From assembly GCA_039030515.1 (NCBI GenBank), contig JBCCEA010000027.1, positions 1 to 54,878 of the forward strand: DNA of 54,878 nucleotides, written 5' to 3'. This document shows positions 39,656 to 49,090 of this stretch, in pieces; positions within the stretch are counted from its first letter, which is position 1, and the number at the start of each line of letters is the position of its first letter. The translations under genes were made by a program, and so were the position numbers. Source of the stretch: Myxococcota bacterium. Its GTDB lineage: Bacteria; Myxococcota_A; Polyangia; Polyangiales; Houyiibacteriaceae. The notes below the pieces were generated by a model, which saw only the letters and a list, made by a program, of their open reading frames with translations, was not told where the DNA came from and made no database searches.

Positions 39656-40542
39656 CGTTCCATCATGGAACGCCGCAAAATCTACGCAGTGCAGCGTAAG
39701 CGATTCACGAACTCTCCCTGCTCCCTGCGCCGTCGCTCAGACGTCATCGGCGACTGGTGAAATCTACGCATCAGCCGGGAGTGTCTTATCGGACCGAAGC
39801 GATTCGACGAGCTGCAGGGGTTTCTAGGAGTGGGGCGAAACATCCCTCTTCGCCGTGATGCCGGCGCGATTCCTAGGGAAGCGGCCGCACGTATCCCAGT
39901 CCCGCAAAAACCCCGGGGGATGCCGACGTAGAGGGAGCCACAAGCGGGACCACTCCGCTCAGCACGCGAGCCCACGGCCGCGCTTCATGACCGCTGGCCA
40001 CGCGGGGCGAGGTCCACACCTTGAGTTCCGATAGGGTGAGCCCAATACCCAGCGCCACCAAAGCGGGAATCTGCTGATCAAAAAAGAGCGAGCGCGTCCC
40101 GGCGATCATCGTATTCAGAAATATCAGGCCGGCGTGAGCAAACCAGTTGCGCGCTTTGCGTTCAGATCGGGCATAGCGCCGCAGGAGCGCACGCTTGGCG
40201 GCAACACAATCGGCGGGACCACTCCAAGAGCGCTTCCCCAGCGATCTTCGTGATCCTGCGGCAGCACGAGTTGCACCCCGCTACCGATGCTTTCTCCGGC
40301 TAGAGTCACGGCCCAGGCGCGGCGCCATCTTTGTGCCGCCTCTTGGGCCTCTCTGAGAATGCCGTCGGGCTTTTCTTCCTCAGAGGTTCGCAAGTCTTCT
40401 TCTGCGCTCAAAACTACGCCGCAGGAGTGGGCTCGTGCCGAACTCGGTGCGACAAAGGCCGCGGCCAAAGGCGCAGAAACGAAGATACATCTAAGGCAAG
40501 CCGGAAAGTCCCGATGGCCCCATTCAACCTGACCGGGTACGG
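39656..40542. pseudogene. Degenerate copy of operator, HxlR fragment, gene X and the MBL upstream motif
   Basis: Long near-identity to 37807-37997 and 33890-34755; jumps at about 40520 to sequence matching 36770-36791. Confidence 0.9.
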
Positions 40543-40890
40543 TGCGCCTGACCGGGTATGGTTGGCCTAACCGGCTGCGACGCCAGATCAGATACGGTTG
40601 GGCTGTGCGCGCGATCGGCTGCGGTGCGCCTGACCGGGTACGGTTGGCTTGACCAGGTACGGTTGACCAGCTGACCGGGTGCGGTGCGCCTGACCGGCTC
40701 ATTCAACCTGACCAGGTACGGTGCGCGCCTGACCGGGTACGGTGCGCCTGACCGGCTGCGGTGCGCCTGACCAGGTACGGTTGACCAGCTGACCGGGTGC
40801 GGTGCGCCTGACCGGCTCATTCAACCTGACCAGGTACGGTGCGCGCCTGACCGGGTACGGTTGGCTTGACCGGGCACGGTTGGCCAGACT
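40521..40890. repeat. Minisatellite of ~19-bp units (CTGACC(G/A)GGTACGGTGCGC-like)
   Basis: Many imperfect tandem units with a higher-order block repeated 118 bp apart. Confidence 0.9.
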
Positions 40891-41096
40891 CAGATGGTCC
40901 ACCGCCCAATGGTGCATCAGGATGGGCGGAGTTCTTTGGTGATCTCGCCGGCCGTGTTTTTCTCGCTGGAAACAACCTTCGGCGCAGCTACCCAGAGGCT
41001 CTCGGTGCTCAGGCGATAGGAGCCGGACGCACCGGAAGGGGCGCTTGAAACGGTCGGTTCTGGAGGTGGTCTTTGGTTAGGGCGCGAGTATGATGG

Positions 41097-41489
41097 TTAG
41101 GGCGCGAGTATGATCACCTTCAACTGACTAGGGGTGGACCGGGTACCGACGCAGTTGCCCTTGTTTTGAGAGGACATGCTGCTCATTCGACTCACCGGCA
41201 TACCTCCGACCAGCACGGTCATCGCACCGGTAAGGTGCTTGGAGGAGCCCATCACCGAGCCAGAAACAGCGCCGCCCTGAACTCCCGCGTTGTCGCCGAC
41301 GGTCATCGGTACCGAGGAGCCGAGATTGTGCGTCGGCGCGCCCGCCATCAACACGTGGAACACCGCTCCGGATGCCGTCATTCCGTGGGCTGTGTTGGGA
41401 TAAGGCACGGGAGTGGGCGTCGGCGACGGGGTCATACACACGTCAGGGAACGCCAGATCCATGCCTGCTGCCTGGGTATTCGCAAACAT
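41097..41489 (-). CDS. PAAR-like DUF4150 protein
   Basis: MFANTQ..GMDLAFPDVC.TP...PVPYPN...GDNAG...PSQ.KV. Confidence 0.9.
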   Translation of the reverse strand: MFANTQAAGMDLAFPDVCMTPSPTPTPVPYPNTAHGMTASGAVFHVLMAGAPTHNLGSSVPMTVGDNAGVQGGAVSGSVMGSSKHLTGAMTVLVGGMPVSRMSSMSSQNKGNCVGTRSTPSQLKVIILAP

Positions 41490-42343
41490 CAACCGACCTG
41501 TACCTGTGCACCGTCGACATGCACCAAGTTCCTTGCGGTCACGCTCGTCATCTCAGCGTCGAGTCGGGCGGTCTGCTGCGCGCGGAACTCGAGCGCCCCC
41601 GCACGCAGCGTTTCCTTGCCTACTACGGTGCGGAATACCGACTCCGCCGTCTGCACCACCTGCCTCGATACCGCTTCCACCAGGTCGCCGATCAAATGCA
41701 CAAACCGTGCACGCAACTCAAGACGTTCACTGCAGACTCGCGTAACCTCGCTGCGGAACTCTGCCTTGTGACCGTCGAACGAGAGGTCCTGTGCCGCAAG
41801 CTGAAGCGTCGAGCTGACGACCTGAAGCGGACGTGAGGAGGTACCGAAAACCATTTCCGCATCCGCACCCACCTGCACTTGCGGCGCTGAGGTTGCAATT
41901 ACCGCGATGATCACGATGCGGTCGTCCACCGTAACGCACAAAACCTCATCACCAGAAACCGGCTCAACCAAACAACTGACAGCACGCGTAGCCCCGCCAA
42001 CCACCTCACCGTCACGTTCGACGAGGTATCCGGCATCGGACCGGCGCAACACGCGCCCTATCCTAAGAACATTTTGCATTGCGACTGCAGTACTTACCTC
42101 GGCGGGGCTCATCCCTGTAGTACCCATCCCGGCGGGGCCCATCCCTGCAGTGCTTACCTCGGCGGTGCCCATCCCTGCGGTGCTCCCCCTGGCAGCATTC
42201 ATCCTCGCAATAGATGACCCTGATGCGGGCAGCTGGGCGGTGGGTGACCCGACTGATTGTGGTCCCAGGATCACCTTAGAGGGATGGTGTACGTTGTGTT
42301 GAACAGTCATGTGCATGATTGACTCTCCTCTTTTTTGGCGCAC
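41489..42343 (-). CDS. DUF3540 protein (T6SS-associated); N-terminal extension uncertain
   Basis: RAVSCLVEP..GD.V and terminal VHVDGAQVQVG. Confidence 0.85.
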   Translation of the reverse strand: MRQKRGESIMHMTVQHNVHHPSKVILGPQSVGSPTAQLPASGSSIARMNAARGSTAGMGTAEVSTAGMGPAGMGTTGMSPAEVSTAVAMQNVLRIGRVLRRSDAGYLVERDGEVVGGATRAVSCLVEPVSGDEVLCVTVDDRIVIIAVIATSAPQVQVGADAEMVFGTSSRPLQVVSSTLQLAAQDLSFDGHKAEFRSEVTRVCSERLELRARFVHLIGDLVEAVSRQVVQTAESVFRTVVGKETLRAGALEFRAQQTARLDAEMTSVTARNLVHVDGAQVQVG

Positions 42344-42494
42344 GAGAAGCTGAAGGGTGCATCCAAACCTTCGTACAGTTCGCGGCGGGTGCGATCACCG
42401 CAAGGTCGACTGAAACTGGGTGCTCTGCTCCATAAACCGACTCTGCTCTGGGTACATTATTTATTGAAGTGCGCGTGTCCCAAACCATATGTCT

Positions 42495-43604
42495 CTAAGC
42501 AGCATCACCGGGAGGACGATAGAGCTCCGCGCGCAAAAGCTCTTGATCCGTTGGAATCGCTCCCTCAGGCAACTGTGCAAGCCCACGGACCGCATGACAG
42601 CGCGTCCGATAGGTGCTGGCGCCGGAAAGGTTCAGGTTCCCCGTCATCTCGCACCAGGACAGGTCCGCATAGTCGAGTATCGAGTTCTGCATCGGAACGT
42701 CGTGCAGCTTTGCGCCCTGCAATACCGACTCCTTGAAAGATGCTTCTCTTAGAACCGCTCCGGTGAAATCAACTCCCGCCAAGTTGCTGCGGTTAAAAAG
42801 AGCCGACTCGGCTATGACTTGACGTAGGTTCGACTCAGGAAAGCTCGAGTAGCAAACGCTAGCCTCGGTGAACAACGCTGTAGACAGGTCACAATCTTTG
42901 AAGCCCGATCCGTCGAGAACGCTCTTGGTGAAATCACAACCGGCCAGCACCGAGCGCTGCCATTGACAGCCACGCAAAGTCTGGCCGGCAAAAGAAACAC
43001 CGGCCACGTTTACTTTGTTGAGCACGCATGAATCCATCGCTACTTGTTGCAGCTGAGCGCTTCTTAGATCGGCCTCGAGAAACGTAACCCGCTCGAAACA
43101 GCTGCCGGTAAACGTGGCGTCGCTTAGGGTGCATCCGGAGAATGTCACCATGTTCAAATCCGCCTGAGGCGATCGGAGGCCGCTGAGGTCTGTCTTGTCA
43201 AAGAATACCGAGTGCATCACTACCTCGTCTGACTCGGTACCGATCATCGTCCCACCGAGAAACTGAGACTCACTAAGATGCACTGAAGACAAGAACAGTT
43301 CCGTAAAATGGCAACGGATTGCGACAAGGTCTTTGATCGCAGACTTCAAAAAATTCACGGAACGAAAAGAGCAGTCGATACATATCACGTCGTCAAAACG
43401 AACTCGATGCATCGAACAGCCTACAAAGTGAACATCTTGCAGGGTCACTCCGTTCAGCTCCAGTTCATCCAGACACTGACCCTCGACCGTAGCGCAACGC
43501 AGTTCTCCCTCACGTTCGACCCGTTCTCTGAACTCGGCCCCGCTGAGAAAGGGGCGGGGCGCATCCGATGAGTCTTTGTGTGGAAATGGGAAATCTTGCA
43601 TCAC
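42495..43604 (-). CDS. Pentapeptide repeat protein (T6SS-associated)
   Basis: Continuous A(D/N)L/F-type pentapeptides; coupled to the DUF2169 gene. Confidence 0.9.
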   Translation of the reverse strand: MMQDFPFPHKDSSDAPRPFLSGAEFRERVEREGELRCATVEGQCLDELELNGVTLQDVHFVGCSMHRVRFDDVICIDCSFRSVNFLKSAIKDLVAIRCHFTELFLSSVHLSESQFLGGTMIGTESDEVVMHSVFFDKTDLSGLRSPQADLNMVTFSGCTLSDATFTGSCFERVTFLEADLRSAQLQQVAMDSCVLNKVNVAGVSFAGQTLRGCQWQRSVLAGCDFTKSVLDGSGFKDCDLSTALFTEASVCYSSFPESNLRQVIAESALFNRSNLAGVDFTGAVLREASFKESVLQGAKLHDVPMQNSILDYADLSWCEMTGNLNLSGASTYRTRCHAVRGLAQLPEGAIPTDQELLRAELYRPPGDAA

Positions 43605-46198
43605 AACTCTTCCGATACCTTCCTGAGAGGGAGCACCTGAACTCGCGACTGATCTGCTTCTTGAAACGCGGTGAGCTCGTCGGACCAGACTTCGGAGAAA
43701 TCAGCGCCAAACAAACTGGCATGGCCGAAACTGGCTGCTCGAAGATCCGCTTTTGCGAAACTCGCCTCGAAGAGATCTGCATGAAGAAACCTCGCGCTCG
43801 TGCACCGTGCGCGTCGGAACCGAGCTCTTCTGGCGACGACCCTCGAGAGGTCGGTCTCGCTCAGGTTCGCAAGGCTCAGGTCTGCATCGTTCATTTTTGC
43901 ACCTTCAAGACAAGAACGACGTAGGTCAACGCCTCTAAAAAGTGCCTTTTCTAAAAAAGCCTGACGAAAGATGGAATCGGAAAGATCTGTTTCTTCCCCC
44001 ACAAACCGCACCCCAGCCGCGGCTGCTTCGAAACAGTCGATCCCTTTTGCCTGACACTGAATGAACGAGGTGCTCTCTAGGCACGCACCTCGAAAGGATG
44101 CGTTTTTTATCACGCAAGAAATAAAGATCGCCTTTTGCAGTTTCGTGTTGTCGAAGCAAATCTCCGCGAGTTCATGACGGTGCCAGCATGACTCCTCGAG
44201 TTCTGCATTCGAAAAGTCAGTTTTATTCAAAATGGCTTCCGTAAACTCCACATCTTTCAAGACACACCCAGAAAGACAGGCACCTTGAAGGTCTGCCCCG
44301 CAAAAAATCGTCCCTTTGCACTCTGAAGAACTAAAGTTGGATCGATGAAGACGTGCTTTGCCGAAATTGGCACCTTCTAAGCAACAACCCTGAAATGAGG
44401 CATCCTCACAGTTCGCATGCGAGAAGACGGCAAAGGATAGATCCGACCCGTCGAAGCGCGCGCCTCTCAGGTCTACCCCGTGAAAGTCGGCAAATTTTAG
44501 ATCCTTGTTGCGATAGTCTACAGCCGTCGAGCGGGATGGTTCGCCCGCAGTTTCTTGGATAGGTCGCGGCAATTGATAATGCGCCATCGACACCTGACTC
44601 CGACGAGAGGACTCTTCAAAGCTCGACTGAGTGGATGCAGAGAAGCCTAAATCTTCAGGCACGGAACGAGAGGGGGCCAATCCTTGCCAGTAGATTTCTG
44701 TCTCCGAGATCCCCGCTTCTTTCAGCTTGGAGCGGATCTTCTGCTCGAGATTCTCAACGGGGCTCTCTCCCTCTTGATCTCCACTCGACTTAATCTTCTG
44801 CAGAATTTCCTTGAGGCTGTATCCTTTGATCGGAACCGCGGGACTTGAGGCAGATGCATTACTCGATGAACTTTGCGGCTCCCCCTCGATGCTGGGCGAT
44901 GTTTCCCCATCGCGCATCGGAGCCGAGGCCGGGCCTTTTTGCACTGAAGATTCGGTGGAGTCCGCTCCTGCAGCCGAGTCCGCTCCTGCAGCCGAGTCCG
45001 CTCCTGCGGCGGCGGCAACTGAAGCAGGGTTCTGCCCCAGACGGGAGGTCGCTTCATCGATACGCTTCATCGCTCGCTGCAGACGCGGGCTCAAGGGGAT
45101 TAGTGTTTCTTCACTCGAGTTGCTCGAAGAGTCGTCTTTGCGTGCTGGCTGCAACCACGCGGGATCGAGCGTCGCCTCGACTCTGCCCTCAGCCGTTTGG
45201 TAGTGCTGCATGGCCCAGCGGTAGTACGCATCATCTTTTGGTTCTGCGGGATCCTCCAGACCGACAAGCACACAGCCCACATCAAATCCATCGTCGTGCT
45301 GGGAGGGTATTTGGCCGTGAAAGATCAGAATCATTTGCTCCACATCGGGCATGAGCCACAGGGTGCGCAGCTTCATCTCCAAACGCTCTGAGGCCTCCAC
45401 CTTCATATCGGTGCGTTGAACGAATCCACGGCATGTCAAAGAAGGAAGCTCGGCCGTGAGAACCGACTTGGTCGGGTGGAGGTGCTCCATGCGAACGACT
45501 TCAAGCCGGCTCCACTCGGAGCGGCTCCATTGATCGCTCGGCGCCATCTGAAAGAAACGAGGGTCGACATCTCGCGGCATTCCCGGAAACTCCGACTCTA
45601 CCCAATGCGCGTCGTACGTTCCCGCTCGATCCCGGCGCACCTGCCAGTCGGGCCGCATCGGACCAAAGCCCGCAGCCACCCGGCGCGTTAGAGACGCCTC
45701 GTCCCAGGTGAGCGAGGCATCGGGTGGGTATTCAATATTGGGCAGGTAGCCGGGCTCGGTGGAAATCGTAAAGCCTCGCCCATCGGGATTTCCCGGGTGT
45801 CCCGGACCACCAAAGGCACGGGACCATTCGAGGGGCATTCGTTCAAACGCCTCTGGGGGCGAAAGGTCCCGCCCTGACCAGTATCGGTCACCCGTCACCT
45901 GAAGCTTCTTATCGACCTCTCCAAAAACAACTCGGGGGTAGCAGCGCGCTACGTCTGGACCTCCAGAATAGGCTGCCCCCGCCAAGAGAAACTCCGGGTG
46001 CGCCTTTGGAAGAAGTTCGTCCAGCGCTCCAAATGCCGGGGCGATTCGTTCACCGTAGCGTTTGTACAGCTCTTGCTCGGAGCTCAAGACTCGATCGAAA
46101 CCGACCATCACTGCAGCGCCGATGCAAAGATAGTGGGATCCACCAAGCGTGACGGATCGGCTGAGCACCGAGACAGTGGTGGGTTTGATCACACGCAT
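43601..46198 (-). CDS. DUF2169 T6SS adaptor fused to pentapeptide repeats
   Basis: V.GDR.W, MPL.WSRAFGG, NP.GRG, LPNIE, GFGP...W..R...AGTYD..W, FFQMAP.DQ; C-terminal pentapeptides. Confidence 0.92.
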   Translation of the reverse strand: MRVIKPTTVSVLSRSVTLGGSHYLCIGAAVMVGFDRVLSSEQELYKRYGERIAPAFGALDELLPKAHPEFLLAGAAYSGGPDVARCYPRVVFGEVDKKLQVTGDRYWSGRDLSPPEAFERMPLEWSRAFGGPGHPGNPDGRGFTISTEPGYLPNIEYPPDASLTWDEASLTRRVAAGFGPMRPDWQVRRDRAGTYDAHWVESEFPGMPRDVDPRFFQMAPSDQWSRSEWSRLEVVRMEHLHPTKSVLTAELPSLTCRGFVQRTDMKVEASERLEMKLRTLWLMPDVEQMILIFHGQIPSQHDDGFDVGCVLVGLEDPAEPKDDAYYRWAMQHYQTAEGRVEATLDPAWLQPARKDDSSSNSSEETLIPLSPRLQRAMKRIDEATSRLGQNPASVAAAAGADSAAGADSAAGADSTESSVQKGPASAPMRDGETSPSIEGEPQSSSSNASASSPAVPIKGYSLKEILQKIKSSGDQEGESPVENLEQKIRSKLKEAGISETEIYWQGLAPSRSVPEDLGFSASTQSSFEESSRRSQVSMAHYQLPRPIQETAGEPSRSTAVDYRNKDLKFADFHGVDLRGARFDGSDLSFAVFSHANCEDASFQGCCLEGANFGKARLHRSNFSSSECKGTIFCGADLQGACLSGCVLKDVEFTEAILNKTDFSNAELEESCWHRHELAEICFDNTKLQKAIFISCVIKNASFRGACLESTSFIQCQAKGIDCFEAAAAGVRFVGEETDLSDSIFRQAFLEKALFRGVDLRRSCLEGAKMNDADLSLANLSETDLSRVVARRARFRRARCTSARFLHADLFEASFAKADLRAASFGHASLFGADFSEVWSDELTAFQEADQSRVQVLPLRKVSEEL

Positions 46199-46331
46199 CG
46201 CAAAAAGAGTGTCCGCCGATGTGACCGAAGTTCGATCCAAGACCGAAGTTCGATTCAATCAAAGCAGCTACAACCTTCTACGCGCGGGATCGAAGAATCT
46301 CTCCCTGGTGGGGTGAATCAAATCTCGCGAA

Positions 46332-47393
46332 TCAAAAATTTCCGCTGAGCACCAGGCGATCGGATGCCAGCGACATACTCAAGCTGGCTTCTCGGCCCTC
46401 GGTTTGGCGCACCGGAATCGATAGGAGGAGCACGGAGGAAGCGATCCCGGCAAGACCAGCGACCGTATAACCCCAGGAGATGCCTCGTTGCCCCCGATCA
46501 AACTGCTCGCATGTGCCGTCCGGCGCGCGAGATGAACACGAATTGGAACGAACAAGACCGACCATGCCGACTGAGAACAGTGCCGAAGCGCCTGCGGCGA
46601 CAACTCCGGCGGTGACGATTCGGGCCAGCGGCAGCCGGCGGGTCTTGCTGCGATCGGTCGATCCAGAGGGCGTGCCCGACCCCTGCACGTCGCTCTCGGA
46701 AGCATCCCGCTCGAGATTGACGGCCATCTCAAACACCCCACCTGCTGCGGAGCCCACCTCGAATTCTCGGACTTCCTCGCCAGCGCTTTCATGACGCACT
46801 ACCAGGGTATGTATGCCCGGGGTCACCAGGGTGTCGATCGGGGTGGTGCCGACAAAGCGCTCGTCGATGATGACCGCTGCTCCCGGCGGCTGAGAACTCA
46901 CGCGCACCACTTTCTCACCTTCGTTCTCCGCGTCTCTGAGCGCCTCTTGTAGAAGCTCTGGCAGAACCGCGGAGAGCAGGAGATTTTCTGAAGATCGGTC
47001 GGCTCGCCCGATCCCATCCTCGGAAACCACGATGAGCTCGATCGAAGCAGGTCGCCCTCCCGAGAGGAAGGATGAGACCAGGAGCACCCCTTCGAGCCCA
47101 AGCTGAGCGCGCTGCTCACTCCAGCAGGGAGTGGTATCGCATCCGCCAAGACCCGCCGCCGCTCGACGATGTTGAATCACGTCGGCAGAGATCACGTCAT
47201 GCCCTGATTGGACCAGCGCCTCGGTCAGGGCCGACTGAATGTGCGAGGACAGCTCCTTATCAAACCGGGCGTCTCCTGCAGGGGACGCGATACCCCAGGG
47301 TTCTGCCGCTGCGGAGTTCGGCACCGACTGCAACCCCATAAATAAACAGCTGCTGACGATGAGTGCATTTCGAGTCACAAACGCTCCTATCAC
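46332..47393 (-). CDS. Exported PEGA-domain protein
   Basis: VSSQPPGAAVIID...GTTP.....PGIH; signal peptide; C-terminal hydrophobic segments. Confidence 0.8.
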   Translation of the reverse strand: MIGAFVTRNALIVSSCLFMGLQSVPNSAAAEPWGIASPAGDARFDKELSSHIQSALTEALVQSGHDVISADVIQHRRAAAGLGGCDTTPCWSEQRAQLGLEGVLLVSSFLSGGRPASIELIVVSEDGIGRADRSSENLLLSAVLPELLQEALRDAENEGEKVVRVSSQPPGAAVIIDERFVGTTPIDTLVTPGIHTLVVRHESAGEEVREFEVGSAAGGVFEMAVNLERDASESDVQGSGTPSGSTDRSKTRRLPLARIVTAGVVAAGASALFSVGMVGLVRSNSCSSRAPDGTCEQFDRGQRGISWGYTVAGLAGIASSVLLLSIPVRQTEGREASLSMSLASDRLVLSGNF

Positions 47394-47440
47394 AAACGAT
47401 CAGAGTTCTTCTTCAACAAACGCGGAGACAGAACCGCTGA

Positions 47441-49090
47441 CTAAAACGACCGCTGATAGCCAAGTCCGACACCACCGGGAACACTCTGAGGTAAGAACAT
47501 CCCGCGATCCGTCGTGACGCTCGCCCGGTGTTCTGCTTCATGATCCCCATCCTGGGCAAACCGAAAAAAACCATACGAGAGTGCAAAAAACGGGATCGAT
47601 GCCGAGGCGAGAGGTACATCCAAGCGCTCAAAGTCTGCATCGTTGGTAAGCTTGTGCACCCAAAGCGACGCTGCGGTGGCGGCAAGAAACACCCCGGTCC
47701 CGAGGCTCAACCATCCCCAGCGTCTCGCGTGAGGAACCGGACCCACGCTCTGCAACAGCAGCACGCTACCGGCGGCTGCAGCGGCTGCTCCCGTGGGCGA
47801 CCAATAGTAGGGCCAGCGCTCGATAAACTCGTAGCGATCCGAATCAGCCGCCGCGACTGACGAGGAACCTGTGTTCTCGGGTATCGATCCGTCTCGACGG
47901 GCAGACCAGCGCAGCCCCCACGACACGAAACCGGTGGTAAGCGCGGCAGTGCCAACCGCGAGCAGTGAAATGCCCATGTAGCGGCTGTGTTTCGTAGACC
48001 ACCGCGGCTGCCGATCGGACCCTTGCGCGACCTCGGTTTGGGCGGGCAACAGTAGACGAACCGCCTCAGCCGGATCTTCTCGCAGCTGCTGCTTTGAAAG
48101 CTGTATGCGGGCCGAACGCTGCCCCGTGCTCACCTCGACATGCTCCAAAAAGACCTCGTCGCCCGCGTGGGTCAGCAGAGCGAACTGTTCGACGCCCAAC
48201 CACTGGGCCAATTGGAGGGCGTGATCGGCGACGCGGTCTGCGGCCTCGGTAAGACTTGAGTACGCGAGGTGCACCTGAGGTCGCATGCGAAGGCTCTTCT
48301 CGAGCGAAAAAGAGACCTTGAGCCAGTTGTCTCCGCTTTGAAGCTCCGATCGGTAGACCTTGGACTCCCGTCCATCATCACAAACCAAACGGACGTACAC
48401 GGCGCCTGGGGTGAGTCGCCCCACCGTCAAGGGTACCGAGCCCGCGACCACTCCGTTGATCTTTGCGTGACACCCAGAGCGATCCGTCTCCACGCGCAGT
48501 CTTGCGGAGCGTTCACTCTGAAGCTCTTGCCATGCCCGCGACCAAAGCTGGCGAACCGAAGGGGGGTGGAATACGTCGCTCGGCTCCGCGCCTACAAATT
48601 CGGACACGCAGCGCGCAGCTTCTTCTCCGGCGGCATTCGGATCGCCCTGAGCCTGTCGGTAGCGGGGAATGAGCAAACACCAGTCCAAGAGACGGCGCAC
48701 TTCAAAATCCTTTGGTGCGAGGGCCGCAGTGCGACCATCGATGCGACGCAGCTCTTGGACATGCGACTCGGCAGCCGCGATGCTTTCTCTCGAAAGCGCC
48801 CGAAGTGCCGCCTCAGCATGACCGTTGGCGGACTGAAGCACCCCGTCGATATCGACATCGGACACCGTGATTCGGGTGCGGGCAGCCTGCACCACTTGGT
48901 CCGAAGGCAGCACCGGGTGGCCTGCCTCGCGAAGCGCATCCCGAAACTGCTCCAGAACATCAGCCTCTATTTCAGGGACTTGCTCGGCATACGCCGGGAC
49001 CACGAGCCACTGAGCCACTGCCGTTTGGGGAGTCACCAACTTCAGACATCCAAACGCCAAAAAAAGCGAAAGGTTTAACCGGACGATCAT
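47441..49090 (-). CDS. Exported PEGA-like domain protein
   Basis: Signal peptide; LRVET..GC...INGV..GSVP.....L.PG; hydrophobic C-terminal third. Confidence 0.7.
   Translation of the reverse strand: MIVRLNLSLFLAFGCLKLVTPQTAVAQWLVVPAYAEQVPEIEADVLEQFRDALREAGHPVLPSDQVVQAARTRITVSDVDIDGVLQSANGHAEAALRALSRESIAAAESHVQELRRIDGRTAALAPKDFEVRRLLDWCLLIPRYRQAQGDPNAAGEEAARCVSEFVGAEPSDVFHPPSVRQLWSRAWQELQSERSARLRVETDRSGCHAKINGVVAGSVPLTVGRLTPGAVYVRLVCDDGRESKVYRSELQSGDNWLKVSFSLEKSLRMRPQVHLAYSSLTEAADRVADHALQLAQWLGVEQFALLTHAGDEVFLEHVEVSTGQRSARIQLSKQQLREDPAEAVRLLLPAQTEVAQGSDRQPRWSTKHSRYMGISLLAVGTAALTTGFVSWGLRWSARRDGSIPENTGSSSVAAADSDRYEFIERWPYYWSPTGAAAAAAGSVLLLQSVGPVPHARRWGWLSLGTGVFLAATAASLWVHKLTNDADFERLDVPLASASIPFFALSYGFFRFAQDGDHEAEHRASVTTDRGMFLPQSVPGGVGLGYQRSF

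Noticed and set aside
40521..40890. CRISPR array
   Set aside because: Units abut without unique spacers and are too short and variable; no cas genes in the window
40124..40917. Small repeat-rich ORFs (RSGAP.PV)
   Set aside because: Translations of the minisatellite and the gene X pseudogene; the 19-bp unit is not a multiple of three
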